Below are positions 1 through 13,400 of a stretch of DNA of 64,000 nt, in pieces. The position numbers and the translations under genes are program-made. The notes under the pieces were generated by a model. That model worked only from the letters and a program-made list of their open reading frames with translations. It ran no database searches and was not told where the DNA came from. The stretch comes from Antedon mediterranea (lineage: Eukaryota > Animalia > Echinodermata). The stretch is from the NCBI RefSeq assembly GCF_964355755.1, contig NC_092680.1, positions 17,245,045 through 17,309,044 of the forward strand. The letters are read 5' to 3'. Each line of letters starts with the position of its first letter. Positions within the stretch are counted from its first letter, which is position 1.

Positions 1-1045
1 GAAGAACTTTTAGAAAAGTAGAGGGCGCTATAATAATAATAATAATAATTTTTATTTGGAAAACGCTTTTTGAACAGCGGCACACATAATAATTAATGGT
101 GCATCCTTAAAACAATTAAACATACAATATAAAAATATATGAGTATCAAAATAAAGATAGACTAGATTAAAACAGATAATACTCAGATAAAACGGAAGTT
201 CGATAAAACCAAATTAAAAATAAACTGTAATACTAAAACCAATTAAATGCAACCCACATACATAAGCTTGGACACTAAATTAGCATATCAATTAGTATAT
301 AAACAAATTATGGAAATGTTGCCAAAATATTGTTTTATGTTGTTATTATGTATAAGGACCTCAAATCACCGGACAAAAAATGAAGTTATCTAAATCACTT
401 CTTCTATTAAGTTAGGGTGTCTGAATAGGGCCATATGGGGTAAGATTATTCCAAGTTAAATAACAAATAATAACGGATCGATGTTTCGTAAAATCTTCTT
501 TTTTTTTGCTGTAAAGTTATATACTAACTTGTTTTAATTCATAAGATTTACTGAAACTTAAAGCAGATTCAAAAGGCAACAAATAGCCTAACTATACTAA
601 ATAAATCATATTTATATAACAGTACCACACTACTACAGATTGTATGAATATTATAATTTTAAAATAAATTTATTTAGAAAAATTAATACAAACAACTTGA
701 AATGCTATTTTTCATAAATTAATAAATATAGGCCTGAAATAAAAATAATTATAGGCCTGCTTTACATTTTGTATACACTACTTGTTTTTAATGTGTTATA
801 GGCCTACTGCGTCTAATAAATTACACATTTATTTAAGATTGAAGAAAATTGGGACTCATGACTCCTAAAGTTATAGTAATCTTATTTACTTTAGCAGTTC
901 CTGAAAAATTCTCTATATGTATGTTTTACATTTTCTTTTGCTTGTCAAATAAATAAATAAAATAAGACATTTTCACCAATAATAACTTTTTAAAATAATT
1001 ATAATCCGAAATTTGATTAGCGACCTCTATGTATTATAAAAACTA

Positions 1046-1130
1046 ATTACGTCAGAGTCTGGCCAGCGGTTGTATGACGCATTGATGACGCGTCACAAAA
1101 CCCGATGAACCACAGATTCTCCGGAACTCA
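1046..1130. promoter_or_regulatory. Probable GBA2 proximal promoter
   Basis: Abrupt shift to CpG-containing sequence 330-420 nt upstream of the ATG, with CRE-like motifs (TTACGTCA, TGACGCA, TGACGCGTCA) and an ETS-like CCGGAA. Confidence 0.45.
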
Positions 1131-1461
1131 CATTGTACTCTCGTCGTACGATTGTTGTAAACAGTGTGGTGGTGCGGTGTGGTATGTTGATATCAGCTGA
1201 TTGTTGACATTTTGGAACTTTTATTACAGAAGTTGGAAAGTGTTTGTATAAGAGAATAAAGGCAAATTATTATAGCGGTCGAAAAATGGAACATTCCCTT
1301 ATCACACTTTAAGGTTAGGGCCTAGACAGAAAAAAAACGCTAGGCCTTGATAGACGTTTAACAAATCATCGTCAATAAATTGTTGTGTGACGTGAGGAGA
1401 GTCTAAGCTAGGACAGGTAGGCCTACACTACATATAGAGGGAGAGGGATTGCCAGGGAGAG

Positions 1462-4400
1462 ATGGCATCCGGTGTTGTGGAAGAGGGCCCTGCTGCTGTA
1501 GCAACCTGTACGAATGATGCTGATACTACTACAAGCCAGCCTGATGCAGCAGTGCCTGGGGTTTCGATGTATGGCTGGCGACGTGATTTAGATAAAACCT
1601 TTGAAGAAAAATGGGGTCCATTGAGATCAAAACATATACGATTAAGGCAATTAGCAGAAATGATAGGGCAGGGATTTAGGTGAGTAAACAGCAAGATTTA
1701 TTTTTTTATTATCTTGTATTCATTATTGTACTGTAGAATCCGATCCGGGACGATTTGTTTGGCCTGGACGATTCCTTAAGCAGCCAAAGCTGCCGTATCC
1801 CTCGTTAACCACAGCGTAAAATAAATTCCTAAAAAAGTCATTTTTTATGCAATTATTATTTCAGAAAAAAACATTTGTTTATGCATTCGCCAACAAATTT
1901 GTTTAAACATTGTTGACATGGCTATAAAGGAGTATAACATAATCATTTAAACATAGTTGACATGGCTATAATAAGGAGTGTATAACATAATCATTTATGC
2001 ACTTGTCAATTGTATGACTACTATACGACCCCCGGGAGAGGTGCGTCATTTGTCCGATGTGCGTCATACTTTTGAATACCATGATGCACCCGTGCGTCAA
2101 AAAGGTGACTTACCTTTAGGTGACCATGACGCACCCATTTTGACGCACTGTGACCATGTTGTTTATGATATGGTGGGTGGTAAAGTGACGGACATTGACA
2201 GTACTGTACACACCTTGTTCATTGATGTGACGTACCATCTAGGTTTTTTGACGCACCCCTGCATCAGTAATTATTTGTAAATGACGAACCTCTCCCGGGG
2301 GTCGTATAGTGGGTCATACAATTGACAAGTGCATTAAACATAGTTGACATGGCTATAAGTTGAGCATAACATAATCATTTTCAGCAATGTTTTAGGCTCA
2401 GTATTTTAAAAAGTCCCGGACCGAATCGTCCCAGGAGTGAATCGTCTCTTTTTATTTACAATCTGTAAAAATGTAACTTTAGTTTATTTATTTATAAACT
2501 GTTAGAATTGTAAAATATTTAAATGTATGTTTATCTATTTAATTTAATAATTTCAATTTAATAAAAGGCCATGTGTTAAAAATGTGCAAACTTTTCAAAT
2601 TCTGCAATACCTTTTGTGCAGTTTGAAATTGTGCAAAATCCAGAACTGTAGGAAGGGTTTTTACAGTTCCCATCCCTTAGTGTGCTGATCTGTAATAATA
2701 CCCCTTTCATATTTCCTAGCAAAACTCTTAGTTTACAAAAACCAGTAATTTTTACATGACGTGTACCCTGGTGTGTATTTTTGCTAGGCGATGTGATAGG
2801 TGAATAAGTTTGAAAAGGGCACTTCAGGATATATATAACCCAAGCATCCCCGCCCACCCCTCCATCACCCCATCTGCCTTGGAAAGTATAAATGATATAT
2901 CATAACATCATTAATTTTGAAATGTTTGTTGAGATCGTTATTACCCTGACCTTCAACTCTGCTTGTTTTTAAGTCATCTGTATCATCCTACTTCCTACCG
3001 GATGAATGTTCCGTTAGTTATTTGTTAGCATTTGACGTGCTGACTCTCTTCAGCAGTGTGAGGGCGAAGATACTTGTGACCTTTCATTTTCACAGCCTTT
3101 GATTTTCAAACGCCACGCAACTACACACATGTTGAGTCTAACAGTCATTCTGGGCATGCTCATGCGTGACTTCTCGACTCAACACCTACGTAATTGAGTA
3201 GCACATGGCGAAAACGAAAGGTCGATAATTGAAAATATGTACAGTCAACATATGATAATTCAATACCGATAAATGTTTTCACAACTTGTAAATTGTTTTT
3301 AATTATGAATTAATATTTATTAATTTAATATTTTCAGGTATATTCAGCTTTATTATAAAATGAAGCGAGAAGGAAGGCGTATATTTATTGATCAAATTGA
3401 ACCAACAAAATTAAAGCAAATTTATGGTAAGGTAGAATTATTAAGAAGTTCATTTTATCTTGATTGATATATTAAAATTGCACTTCGATTATCTAAGACG
3501 TATAACATTAACTATATATACTATGTTCAATAAAACATAAACCAGTCAGAAAAATACCATTAAAATAATTAGTAGTTTTCATAAAGGTCATAAAGGTTTA
3601 TATTTATGTTACACTTTACAATAAGATGTTGTGTACTTATCACTATTTATCTTCTGTTCGTTAAACAAAGTTAAGAATAAACATCTTTATTCTTTCACAC
3701 ACAATTTTGTTAATGATGTGAAAGCTAATCTTCATTAAAACTAGATTTTCAAATAAACATTAATAAATTATGAACTTGTAGCACTAAATTTGGTCAAGCA
3801 TAAATTTCATTCTAGCAATAATTAGACTTCGTTTAGATTTGTGTTTCTAAAGGTATGTGTTTTAGTTTCAACAGTTATGTTGTATGTTATCATCCATCTG
3901 AAATTTGGTGTATGAATCTGCCTTAAGCTCTGTCTACACTATCAAACTAGTTTGACAAAAAAAGTGTGACATCACATCACATTGTTTTAATTGAATAGCA
4001 AATGCACTGTTATATGATGTACTGTACTTATTCTATGTTATATTCAACCCATTGAAGAATTAGTGATATTTTCCCCTATTATTATTCTGAATTTTATTAA
4101 ATGCATTTAGACAACTGATATGCTAGACCAATGGGCTAGCACATTTTGTTTCTTGTGGTACTCACTAGTCCTACAAAATGTTAGTAGCCCACTGTTTGCA
4201 AAATGGGCAAATAAAACCAGTCAGATTTTTTTAAACATAATAGATGCATTATGAAGCACAAGATGTCATATGATCAGTCAGTCTCATGAATATTTATGAA
4301 CATTCTTATGAATATTATGATCATTCTCATAAACCACTGAACTAAAAAATTAAACCTTTTACAAACATATAAAAGACAATTAGCCTAAACTCTAAAATAG

Positions 4401-7400
4401 TATGCATTTCATAAAGACTTCATATGATCAGTCAGTCTCATGAATATTTATGAACATTCTCATGAATATTAATCATTTTCATAAACCACTGAATTAAACC
4501 AGCTTTTCTCTTTATACAAATATTATATTAAAGACACTTAGCATAAACTCTAAAATGGTACAATCATTTAATGTCTATTGTCATCTAAACAATATTATTA
4601 TCACAAGTTTGCTGGTATGATTGTCCATAATTCCACAATTCATACAAATTGCAAATACACTAATTATTAATTGAAGTATACGATAATTAAAATTATGTTC
4701 TTTCATTAATTTCAGGTGTTCCTATTGGTGGAATAGGATGCGGTGCTATAAACAGGGGTTGGCAGGGTGACTTTTGTCGCTGGTGCCTTACCCCCGGGAT
4801 GTATAGTTACGATATTGTAGAAGCTGATCAGGTAAATGAAAATATGAATGTAGAGGAACATGGAAGGGATTAGATTTAAGCTCTGTCTACACTATCAAAC
4901 TAGTTTGGAAAAAAAAAGTGTGATGTGCCCAAATATGGTAGTGTTATGACATCATCATGTCCATATATGGGCACATCACATAAAGTTTGATACTGTAGTG
5001 TAGACAGAGCTTTAGACCATTTGCATATGCAATTTTTTAATAAATAAAACAGCAAATGGTAAATGCTATACTGGTAGCTTTTGTAATAAAAATGATACAA
5101 TGTACACAACATGTACAGTTACATCGTACACAGTCAGCATACAGTATGTGTGCATTGAATAGAGTAAAGTAGTCAATGTACACATGTACAGTTACATCGT
5201 ACACAGTCCGCATACAGTATGTGTGCATTGAATAGAGTAAAGTAGTCAATGTACACATGTACAGTTACATCGTACACAGTCAGCATACAGTATGTGTGCA
5301 TTGAATAGAGTAAAGTAGTACAGTATGTTTAACCAGAAATCATAGGCAAAATTTTTGGCAACAAGAGTAGGTCACAAGAAATCTCTGAATCTACATAGAT
5401 TATTAATTGAATTCAATAATTGTTTCTGATACTGTATTTTTTTTGTGGGTAGAACTGGATAAAGATAAAATGTCCATCAATCCTAAAAAAGGCTACAAAT
5501 GCAAAAACCACACAGGGAAGATTTACAAGAGTTAATTTCCAAGGCCAAAAAATAACCTAAATTAGTTTGTGACAATCATTTTGTGACAACTATTTATGTT
5601 CAATTAGGGTCAAGGGTCAAGTTGAAAACCTGTTTCATTATTACATTACATGGTTCACTGATTAAATATTTTGTAATATCATTTAAAACACTAAAGTTAT
5701 GGGGAAACCGGAGACCCAACAAATTGTCCCTGTGTGTGCTATATTTCCCTTGTTCATTGCATGCCAAGTGGCCCTTTGTGTGCTATATTTCCCCTTGTTC
5801 ATTGCATGCCAAGTGTACCTGTGTGTGCTATATTGCCCCTTGTTCATTGCATGCCAAGTGGCCCTTTGTGTGCTATATTTCCCCTTGTTCATTGCATGCC
5901 AAGTGTACCTGTGTGTGCTATATTGCCCCTTGTTCATTGCATGCCAAGTGGCCCTTTGTGTGCTATATTCCCCCTTGTTCATTGCATGCCAAGTGTACCT
6001 GTGTGTGCTATATTTCCCCTTCATTGCATGCCAAGTGTCCCTGTGTGTGCTATATTGCCCCTTGTTCATTGCATGCCAAGTGGCCCTTTGTGTGCTATAT
6101 TTCCCCTTGTTCATTGCATGCCAAGTGTACCTGTGTGTGCTATATTGCCCCTTGTTCATTGCATACCAAGTGGCCCTTTGTGTGCTATATTTCCCCTTGT
6201 TCATTGCATGCCAAGTGTACCTGTGTGTGCTATATTGCCCCTTGTTCATTGCATGCCAAGTGGCCCTTTGTGTGCTATATTCCCCCTTGTTCATTGCATG
6301 CCAAGTGTACCTGTGTGTGCTATATTTCCCCTTGTTCATTGCATGCCAAGTGTACCTGTGTGTGCTATATTTCCCCTTGTTCATTGCATGCCAAGTGTAC
6401 CTGTGTGTGCTATATTTCCCCTTGTTCATTGCATGCCAAGTGTACCTGTGTGTGCTATATTGCCCTTTGTTCAGTGCTATATTGCCCTTTGTTCATTGCA
6501 TGCCAAGTGTCCCTGTGTGTGCTATATTGCCCCTTGTTCATTGCATGCCAAGTGTCCCCTTAATAGAGGTGTCCCAAAGTAGAGGTTCTACTGTCAAATG
6601 CATTGAGTTTCCTTAAAGCTCTGTCTACACTATCAAACACTATTTGCCCAAATATGGTAGTGATATGATGTATTCCATATAATGGGCACATCACATTTTT
6701 TTTGTCACATTAAGTTTGATAGTGTAGACATAACAGACCTTTTCTATGAATCTTTGACTTTGAATATTTATTTGTGTCATCTTGAATGTTCTGAATATTC
6801 ATTACTAATTTTTGTTTATAGTTTACTGTGTGTATACGTAAAGATGGTCAAACAGTCTATCAACAAGTTCTGTCACCTGGCAAGCCTTCGAGTAAAGTCT
6901 TGACTCACTGGAAATGGAACTTCCCCGGGGGTGATGCTACTTATCTAGGCCTCTATCCACGTGCATGGACAACGTATCGTATACCAGAGTTTAATGTAAC
7001 ACTGATTTGTAGGCAGATCTCACCAGTCTTCCCAAATGATTACAAGGTATACAAAATCTAAATTAATATTGGATGAGATCTTGTTACTAAAAGAAAAATT
7101 GTCCCCTACCCCTTTTAAAAAAAAATCTTATTTTCAAATGTAGTTTCCCCATTTTGAGTGTGTGTATGGAGGCATATAGTAGAAAACTTATATGTACAAA
7201 CTCTCTCTCTCTCTCATAATTTATAGACAAATAAGAATGCTTTTTTGATGATTTTTAGGATACTTCTACTCCAGCTGGTGTGTTTGTGTGGGAAATCCAT
7301 AACAACTCGGACCAACCCCTAGACGTTACTGTTATGTTTACCTTTCAAAATGGAACTGGTCAAGCCAGTGATAAACTTGGCGGTAGGTGGAATGAACCAT

Positions 7401-10400
7401 TTTTAACAGAGGAGACATCGGAAGCTTCCACTACTCTAACAGGGGTGCTTCTTCACAATGCTCATCCAACGATGGATTGTACCATGGCTGTATCAGCTGC
7501 AAACACAGTAAGAAATTAACAGTTTTGTAATTCTGTCTCCGTCTCCGCTACCCTGTCTCCACTATCCCGTCCCACACACATACTTAATCTACAACAGGAT
7601 ACAATAAAAAATCTTAAATAAAACAATAGTAGTGTTAACTGAAAACTCGACACTTTCTTTCTGTCTGTTTTAATTCACTGTTTTGATTTAGTTTTGACCT
7701 GCTTTTCTCATTTTTTCCAGTAATTTGCCGTTGGGTTTATAAATAAAAAAAAAATATTACCAGAATATTCAATACTACATATTTACACTTTCTGTGTATT
7801 TTTAAAAACTTTTTTTCCATTTTTTAGCATTATTTTTCCAAAATAATGTAGATAAATCACTGTAAACATTTAGCCGCACAAAAAAAAATTAATACCTGTT
7901 TTATTCAATTTTATTACGCTAAAATTAATAATTTTGAATTATTAGTTTCAAAATTAAAGCACAGAATTGATATTCATATCCTCTCCTATCCCAAAATTAT
8001 ATTGTATATATAATATTTTCCACTTTGGTTGATTTATTTTGCTTTTTGGTAAACCCAGTCATGTGGAACTCTTCTCTTATATTCTTTGTCTATGTTATAA
8101 TTTTGATTGATTGATTTTGATAATTTTTTAACTTTTCTGATGAAACAAATGAAATGAAAAAAGTTTACCAATGTATTATTGTGAATTTTATGAACGAATT
8201 TTCCAAAATGCTATGTAGACCGTTTTAACTTCACTTCAATTAAGCATGGTGTGAAATTATTGATCAGGTTGGCCTTCAAACTCTTGTATTTAACTCATTG
8301 ATTCCTGCATTGTGACTGTGCTTTTGTATGTACACATTCAATACATTATTGATTATGTGCGTTTGGTGTGATTTACGTTGCTTTCACCTGGACGTGTCTA
8401 CTGTTCCATCCACCCAGCTGTTTCAGGGTTTTTTTATTCATGTCATTAACAATGTAGTTCACAATGAAAAATAATCATTTATTGAAATGAGTTATTCAAT
8501 CATTATTTAGTGTTAGAATATAAATTTCACATTTACTCTATGTTGTCATAATATAGACATCCCCCAAGTCTGTATTATTGTCTTTTTTATATTAGTACAC
8601 TAGTCAATTTTTGTCAGAAATACAGCTCTAAAGGAGTATACGTATGAAATGCCGTATGTGCCAAAATATTGATCTTGTTACTAATATTAACTAAAAACTC
8701 TTTCTAGAACCTAGGCTAATCATAATATAATGTAGTTCCTTATGAAAAATAATCATTTTGAACAGTTAAGAATTCACATTTTAGTTAGGTACCATTCCTG
8801 TAACTAGTGGCAGAGTACATAATTATTTAGAAGTTTGGTTTAGACTTTTAAGTGCTTGCGTACGTTTTAACTCATTAATAACAGTTTTAACTTTTAAAAT
8901 AAAACTATATTATAGATATTTTAATTATCTCTATGTAGCAATGTGTAAAGTTATTGTCTGTGAAAAAACATCTTGTTCTTTGTGATGATTTTAGTTCATT
9001 TATTTAATAATACTGCGTTAAAAATGTTTAATTACCATGGACCATTAGATTTTCCACTCTAAGTTCCCTGTTTTTTTTTAGTTTAGTTTTTAAGAGAATA
9101 TGAAATAGATTTAGGATATTAGTGCTCTAGGAAACCTGCCCTTGATAGTACATCCTGTAAAAACTCATAAGTTATTTAAGTGTCATATCCATATATGGTC
9201 ACAGATCAGATAATACTATACATAATGCAGTACCCATGAAGCTTGGTCTAGATGTTTTTAAAATGATTTGCGTTCAACCTTTAATACAATGATCACTGTG
9301 TATACTATATTCACTATATACGATTCACCCTATTGTTGTGTCTGTATTTCCTTAACTTTTGAACCCATTTAATCGTTTTATATTTAATAGTTAATTTAAA
9401 TGTAACAATGTGAATAATAAATTCAAGGGTCAAAAGGTTTTAAAAATTGATCACAATAACATACTGTTGTTTATTCCCATGATTTTTAACAATCACATAT
9501 TTGACAATTATTATTTTTTTGGTAGACATGTCTTGGTATTTCTCAAAATGTTACTGTCTAAAATTATTTGATTTTCTTTCTTATATTAGGGGCCCATCTT
9601 CCTACAATACATTAGGTCTTTTGAAATGTTGAAAATGTCAAAGAGCTGTAAGTCACAAAGACAGCCTTTTAATTTTGTGGAAGTAGTTGTTGGCAACAGG
9701 ATGTAAGGGAATTATCATTTAAATTCTAATTGTCTAGAAATCACTATTAATAGGCTACCAGCAAAAGACAATGAATATACATAGATCATGATTTATCATT
9801 ACAGTCATTACTTTTAATTGGTAATTAAAATTTAAATACCAAAAGTAGATTCCATATAGCAGACACGTGATGGAAATGAAAGCCACAGCTATCGCTCATG
9901 TAGTGGAATTTTTTTGTTCTCATTTGATTCATATGAACAATTTTGCATAGTGGAATACACGGTTCACATACGCCTATTCCAACTTCATATAAAGATATAA
10001 CATGGAGCAGTATTTCTGCTGAATATTGATTCACTACAACTTTTAACCAGGTTTTATCTCCCGATTTATTACACGTTTTCATACACACATATGCGAAACC
10101 TGAGAAATCTCGAAAAGAAAGCATAGTTGCGTGCTATTTGATTACTATGATTGGTCAGTTTAATACTAGGGCAATACACGCGCGCTCAGTAAGAACTTCG
10201 ATTATCTCGCAACAAAAAAAAGGCCTCTCATCAGTGTGTTTTTCTCCCGAGATTTCACAGAGGTCTTTTTTTGATTTTCCACAAAATTGTATTTACACTA
10301 TGTAAACCTGGTTACATTTAGCCTCTAGAATATTATTCCTGGACAACAACTTCTACTAATCCTACACTAATACAAATTAATTTTTTGTATCATTTCAGGA

Positions 10401-13400
10401 AGGTGTATCTGTAAGTCATGTAACTGGTTTCAACCCCTATGACAAGAGCGATCAGGGCAAGTTATTATGGGAGGATCTTCACGAAGATGGGCAATTAGAA
10501 AGTCCGGCTGGTAAAGCATTAGTGTTTGTTTTGTGTTGTTGACTCTTTTAAAACTATCCTCTCATTTCTCCAAGAATTTTTAAAGCTCTGTCTACACTAT
10601 CAAACTAGTTTGACAAAACAAGTGTGATGTGCCTAAATATGGTAGTGATATGACATCATCGTGTCCATATATGGGCACATCACATTTTTTTGTCACATAA
10701 AGTTTGATAGTTTTACAGAGCTTTACTTTAGATCGGTCTTTAGAATGATCTTCTTGTTTTGAATGTGTCAAGTTTTGGCAATGAGAATTGTTCATGACAA
10801 TTCAGCTTACTACTACAGTATATGGTCAGACATTTGTCATTCTCATAAATTGATTTTCTCAAATTCAGGACCGACAGACAAGACCAAAAAGGGAACAGCA
10901 ATCGCTGCCGCCGTAGCTGCTCAAACGACTGTCACCCCAGGCAGCAAAGGAAAATTAGAGTTTGTACTAACTTGGGATATGCCGAATGTTCATTTTAAAA
11001 GCCAGAGGAGGAAATACACTCGTCGCTATGCACGCTGGTTTGGTAACTCTGGTAACGCAGCTCCTACCTTGTCTTCTTATGCTATCAATAACTATGCAAG
11101 TTGGGAAGAGAAAATCGAGGCTTGGCAAAACCCAATTTTAAATAATCCGTAAGTATTGGTATATTCAGTATGAAAGTGAATTATTAAGGCACATAAGTGT
11201 ACATTTTTTAGGTATTTTAAGCAGAGCTTAAAGGCTCTGTAAACATTGGTAGAGGCATAGAGATATTATAGTAAGCTCATCATAATATCTCTATGGTAGA
11301 GGCTAGATGTGTTCAACAATGTTTCAATCATTGCATTGTCAATATTATTGTTGTGTAGTAGCTGTGTGCTGCCAAAATGATACTAATTACTTAAGATGTT
11401 ACATAACCTTTTATTCAACATTATGTAATGTACGGTATGGCATTGTTTATAGTGAGCTTCCTGATTGGTATAAATCTGCGTTATTCAATGAACTCTATTA
11501 CATCTCTGATGGTGGAACTATATGGGTAGATGCATGTGAAGATCAGCCTACCTGTAATGGTGAGGTTATCACTGAAAACCCGAAACCAGCTCATGCTAAA
11601 CTGATCAAGGAGTATGGCAGGTTCGCATATTTAGAAGGTGAGTATACTATATAGGATTCGCATTGTGCACGCTCTGTTGACTAGTGACAGGTACGACGCA
11701 GCGCAAGTACCTAACACAACATAAGTGATTTGACCAATCACAAGTGATGGATTATTCGAAGAGTCAAATAGCTTGCGTTGCGCGTACGTCCTGTCTTTGC
11801 GTCTCTAGTTGAAACCACGCTTTAATACGAACATAGTAGGTTAGTAAAGACATGGGCAGTTCTGAAATGTTGTCCTATAACATTATATTACATTACCCTG
11901 CAAATGCACTGTAGCTTAACATCATGGATTCTTATCCTTGACAGGTACTAGTATTTTTATTATGACATAAACGCTACTACTAACTAAAACTAGGAATAGT
12001 TTTATTCTTATAATACGTTCAAACCCCTAAATCTCTGTCTACACTATCAAACTTTATATGACAGAAAAATATGATGTGCCCATGGACATGATAATGTCAT
12101 ATCTTCACCATATTTGGGCATATCACTACCATATTTGGGCACCTCACTCTTTTTTTGTCAAATTAGTTTGATAGTGTAGACAGAGCTTTAGGGTTTTGAA
12201 ACAACAACATTCTATTCCAGCTACAGTGGTCTGTAGGGCATCAGCATATTCAGAAAATTCTAAGTTCATGTCAGCATTTTTCACCACACCGTTTTTCTTT
12301 ATCGTTCATGAAAGAATGTATTTGTTATTGCAGGGCATGAATACCGTATGTACAACACGTATGACGTACATTTCTATGCATCATTCGCACTAGCAATGCT
12401 GTGGCCAAAACTTGAACTATGCATACAACACGACTTTGGTAATCATATGTTTTTTATGTCCGCTTTTTATCTTAATAAATCAATAGGCATTTTTCTATAA
12501 ACTGAGTGAAGGATTTGTGACCTAAAAAAAATTGCCCTACAATCAAACACACAGTATGTGTTTGTGTTGTGTGGCTATCAATTGGTGTCACATATTATAC
12601 TTCATCTCCCTATAGAGGGACATACAATAGGTGGACATTTTTTGCAGAATTGTGTATTTTAACCAGTAAATTGTATAGTTAGTGTAGAAGTTCATTCATT
12701 TTACTTTTATTTCGGAACGTACATCCATAGTTACAAAATCAATTGCATCAGGTAAGAAAAAATTTAAATAAAAAAGGCAAACACACACAAAAAAGACACC
12801 GGTATCAGATTATCTCCATCATTTTGTTACCATAATACATTCTATCATTTCATTTTTGCTAGCAAACATTCTTAGTAACAACGAAAAGACAGATTAACAA
12901 ACATGTCACTAGCACTAGGCAATCTTATGAGTTTTTATGACAAAGCAAGATCTATGTTTTTTTTAAATAGGTATGTTTGTTGAACATGCGGATGAGGAGG
13001 TGTTTAAAGAGTTAAACACAGGTAAAGCAACACAAAGAAAACTACTGGGATCTGTACCTCATGACATTGGTGATCCAGGTAATATATTTAATTTGCCTTG
13101 GCATACCCTTGTTTATTATACTCTGTCCATCAAAATAGAACCAATGAAGAACTTCTATGACATTTATTTTAAATGATTAAAAAGATAGAGCGTTGTCTCC
13201 CAGATGATCATTGTTAAGCTCTGTCTACACTATCAAACTTTATGTGACAAAAAAGTGTGATGTACTTAAATACACATACGCAAACCCTGAAAAATCTTGA
13301 AAAGAAAGCATAGTTGCACGCTATTTGATTACTATGATTGGTCAGTTTAATACCAGGGCAATACACGCGCGCTCAGTAAGAAATCTGATTATCTCGGATG

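Noticed and set aside
17-47. CTCF-like AGTAGAGGGCGCTA motif
   Set aside because: Followed by (TAA)n and resembles the SINE/L2 tail GGGCGCTATA; more likely a retroposon remnant at the window edge.
4210-4560. ~154-bp tandem duplication in GBA2 intron 2
   Set aside because: Diverged simple local duplication with no coding or structural signal.
5583-6616. Four long overlapping Cys-rich ORFs (248-326 aa)
   Set aside because: Artefact of a stop-poor 45-bp (3n) satellite in GBA2 intron 3; open in several frames on both strands.
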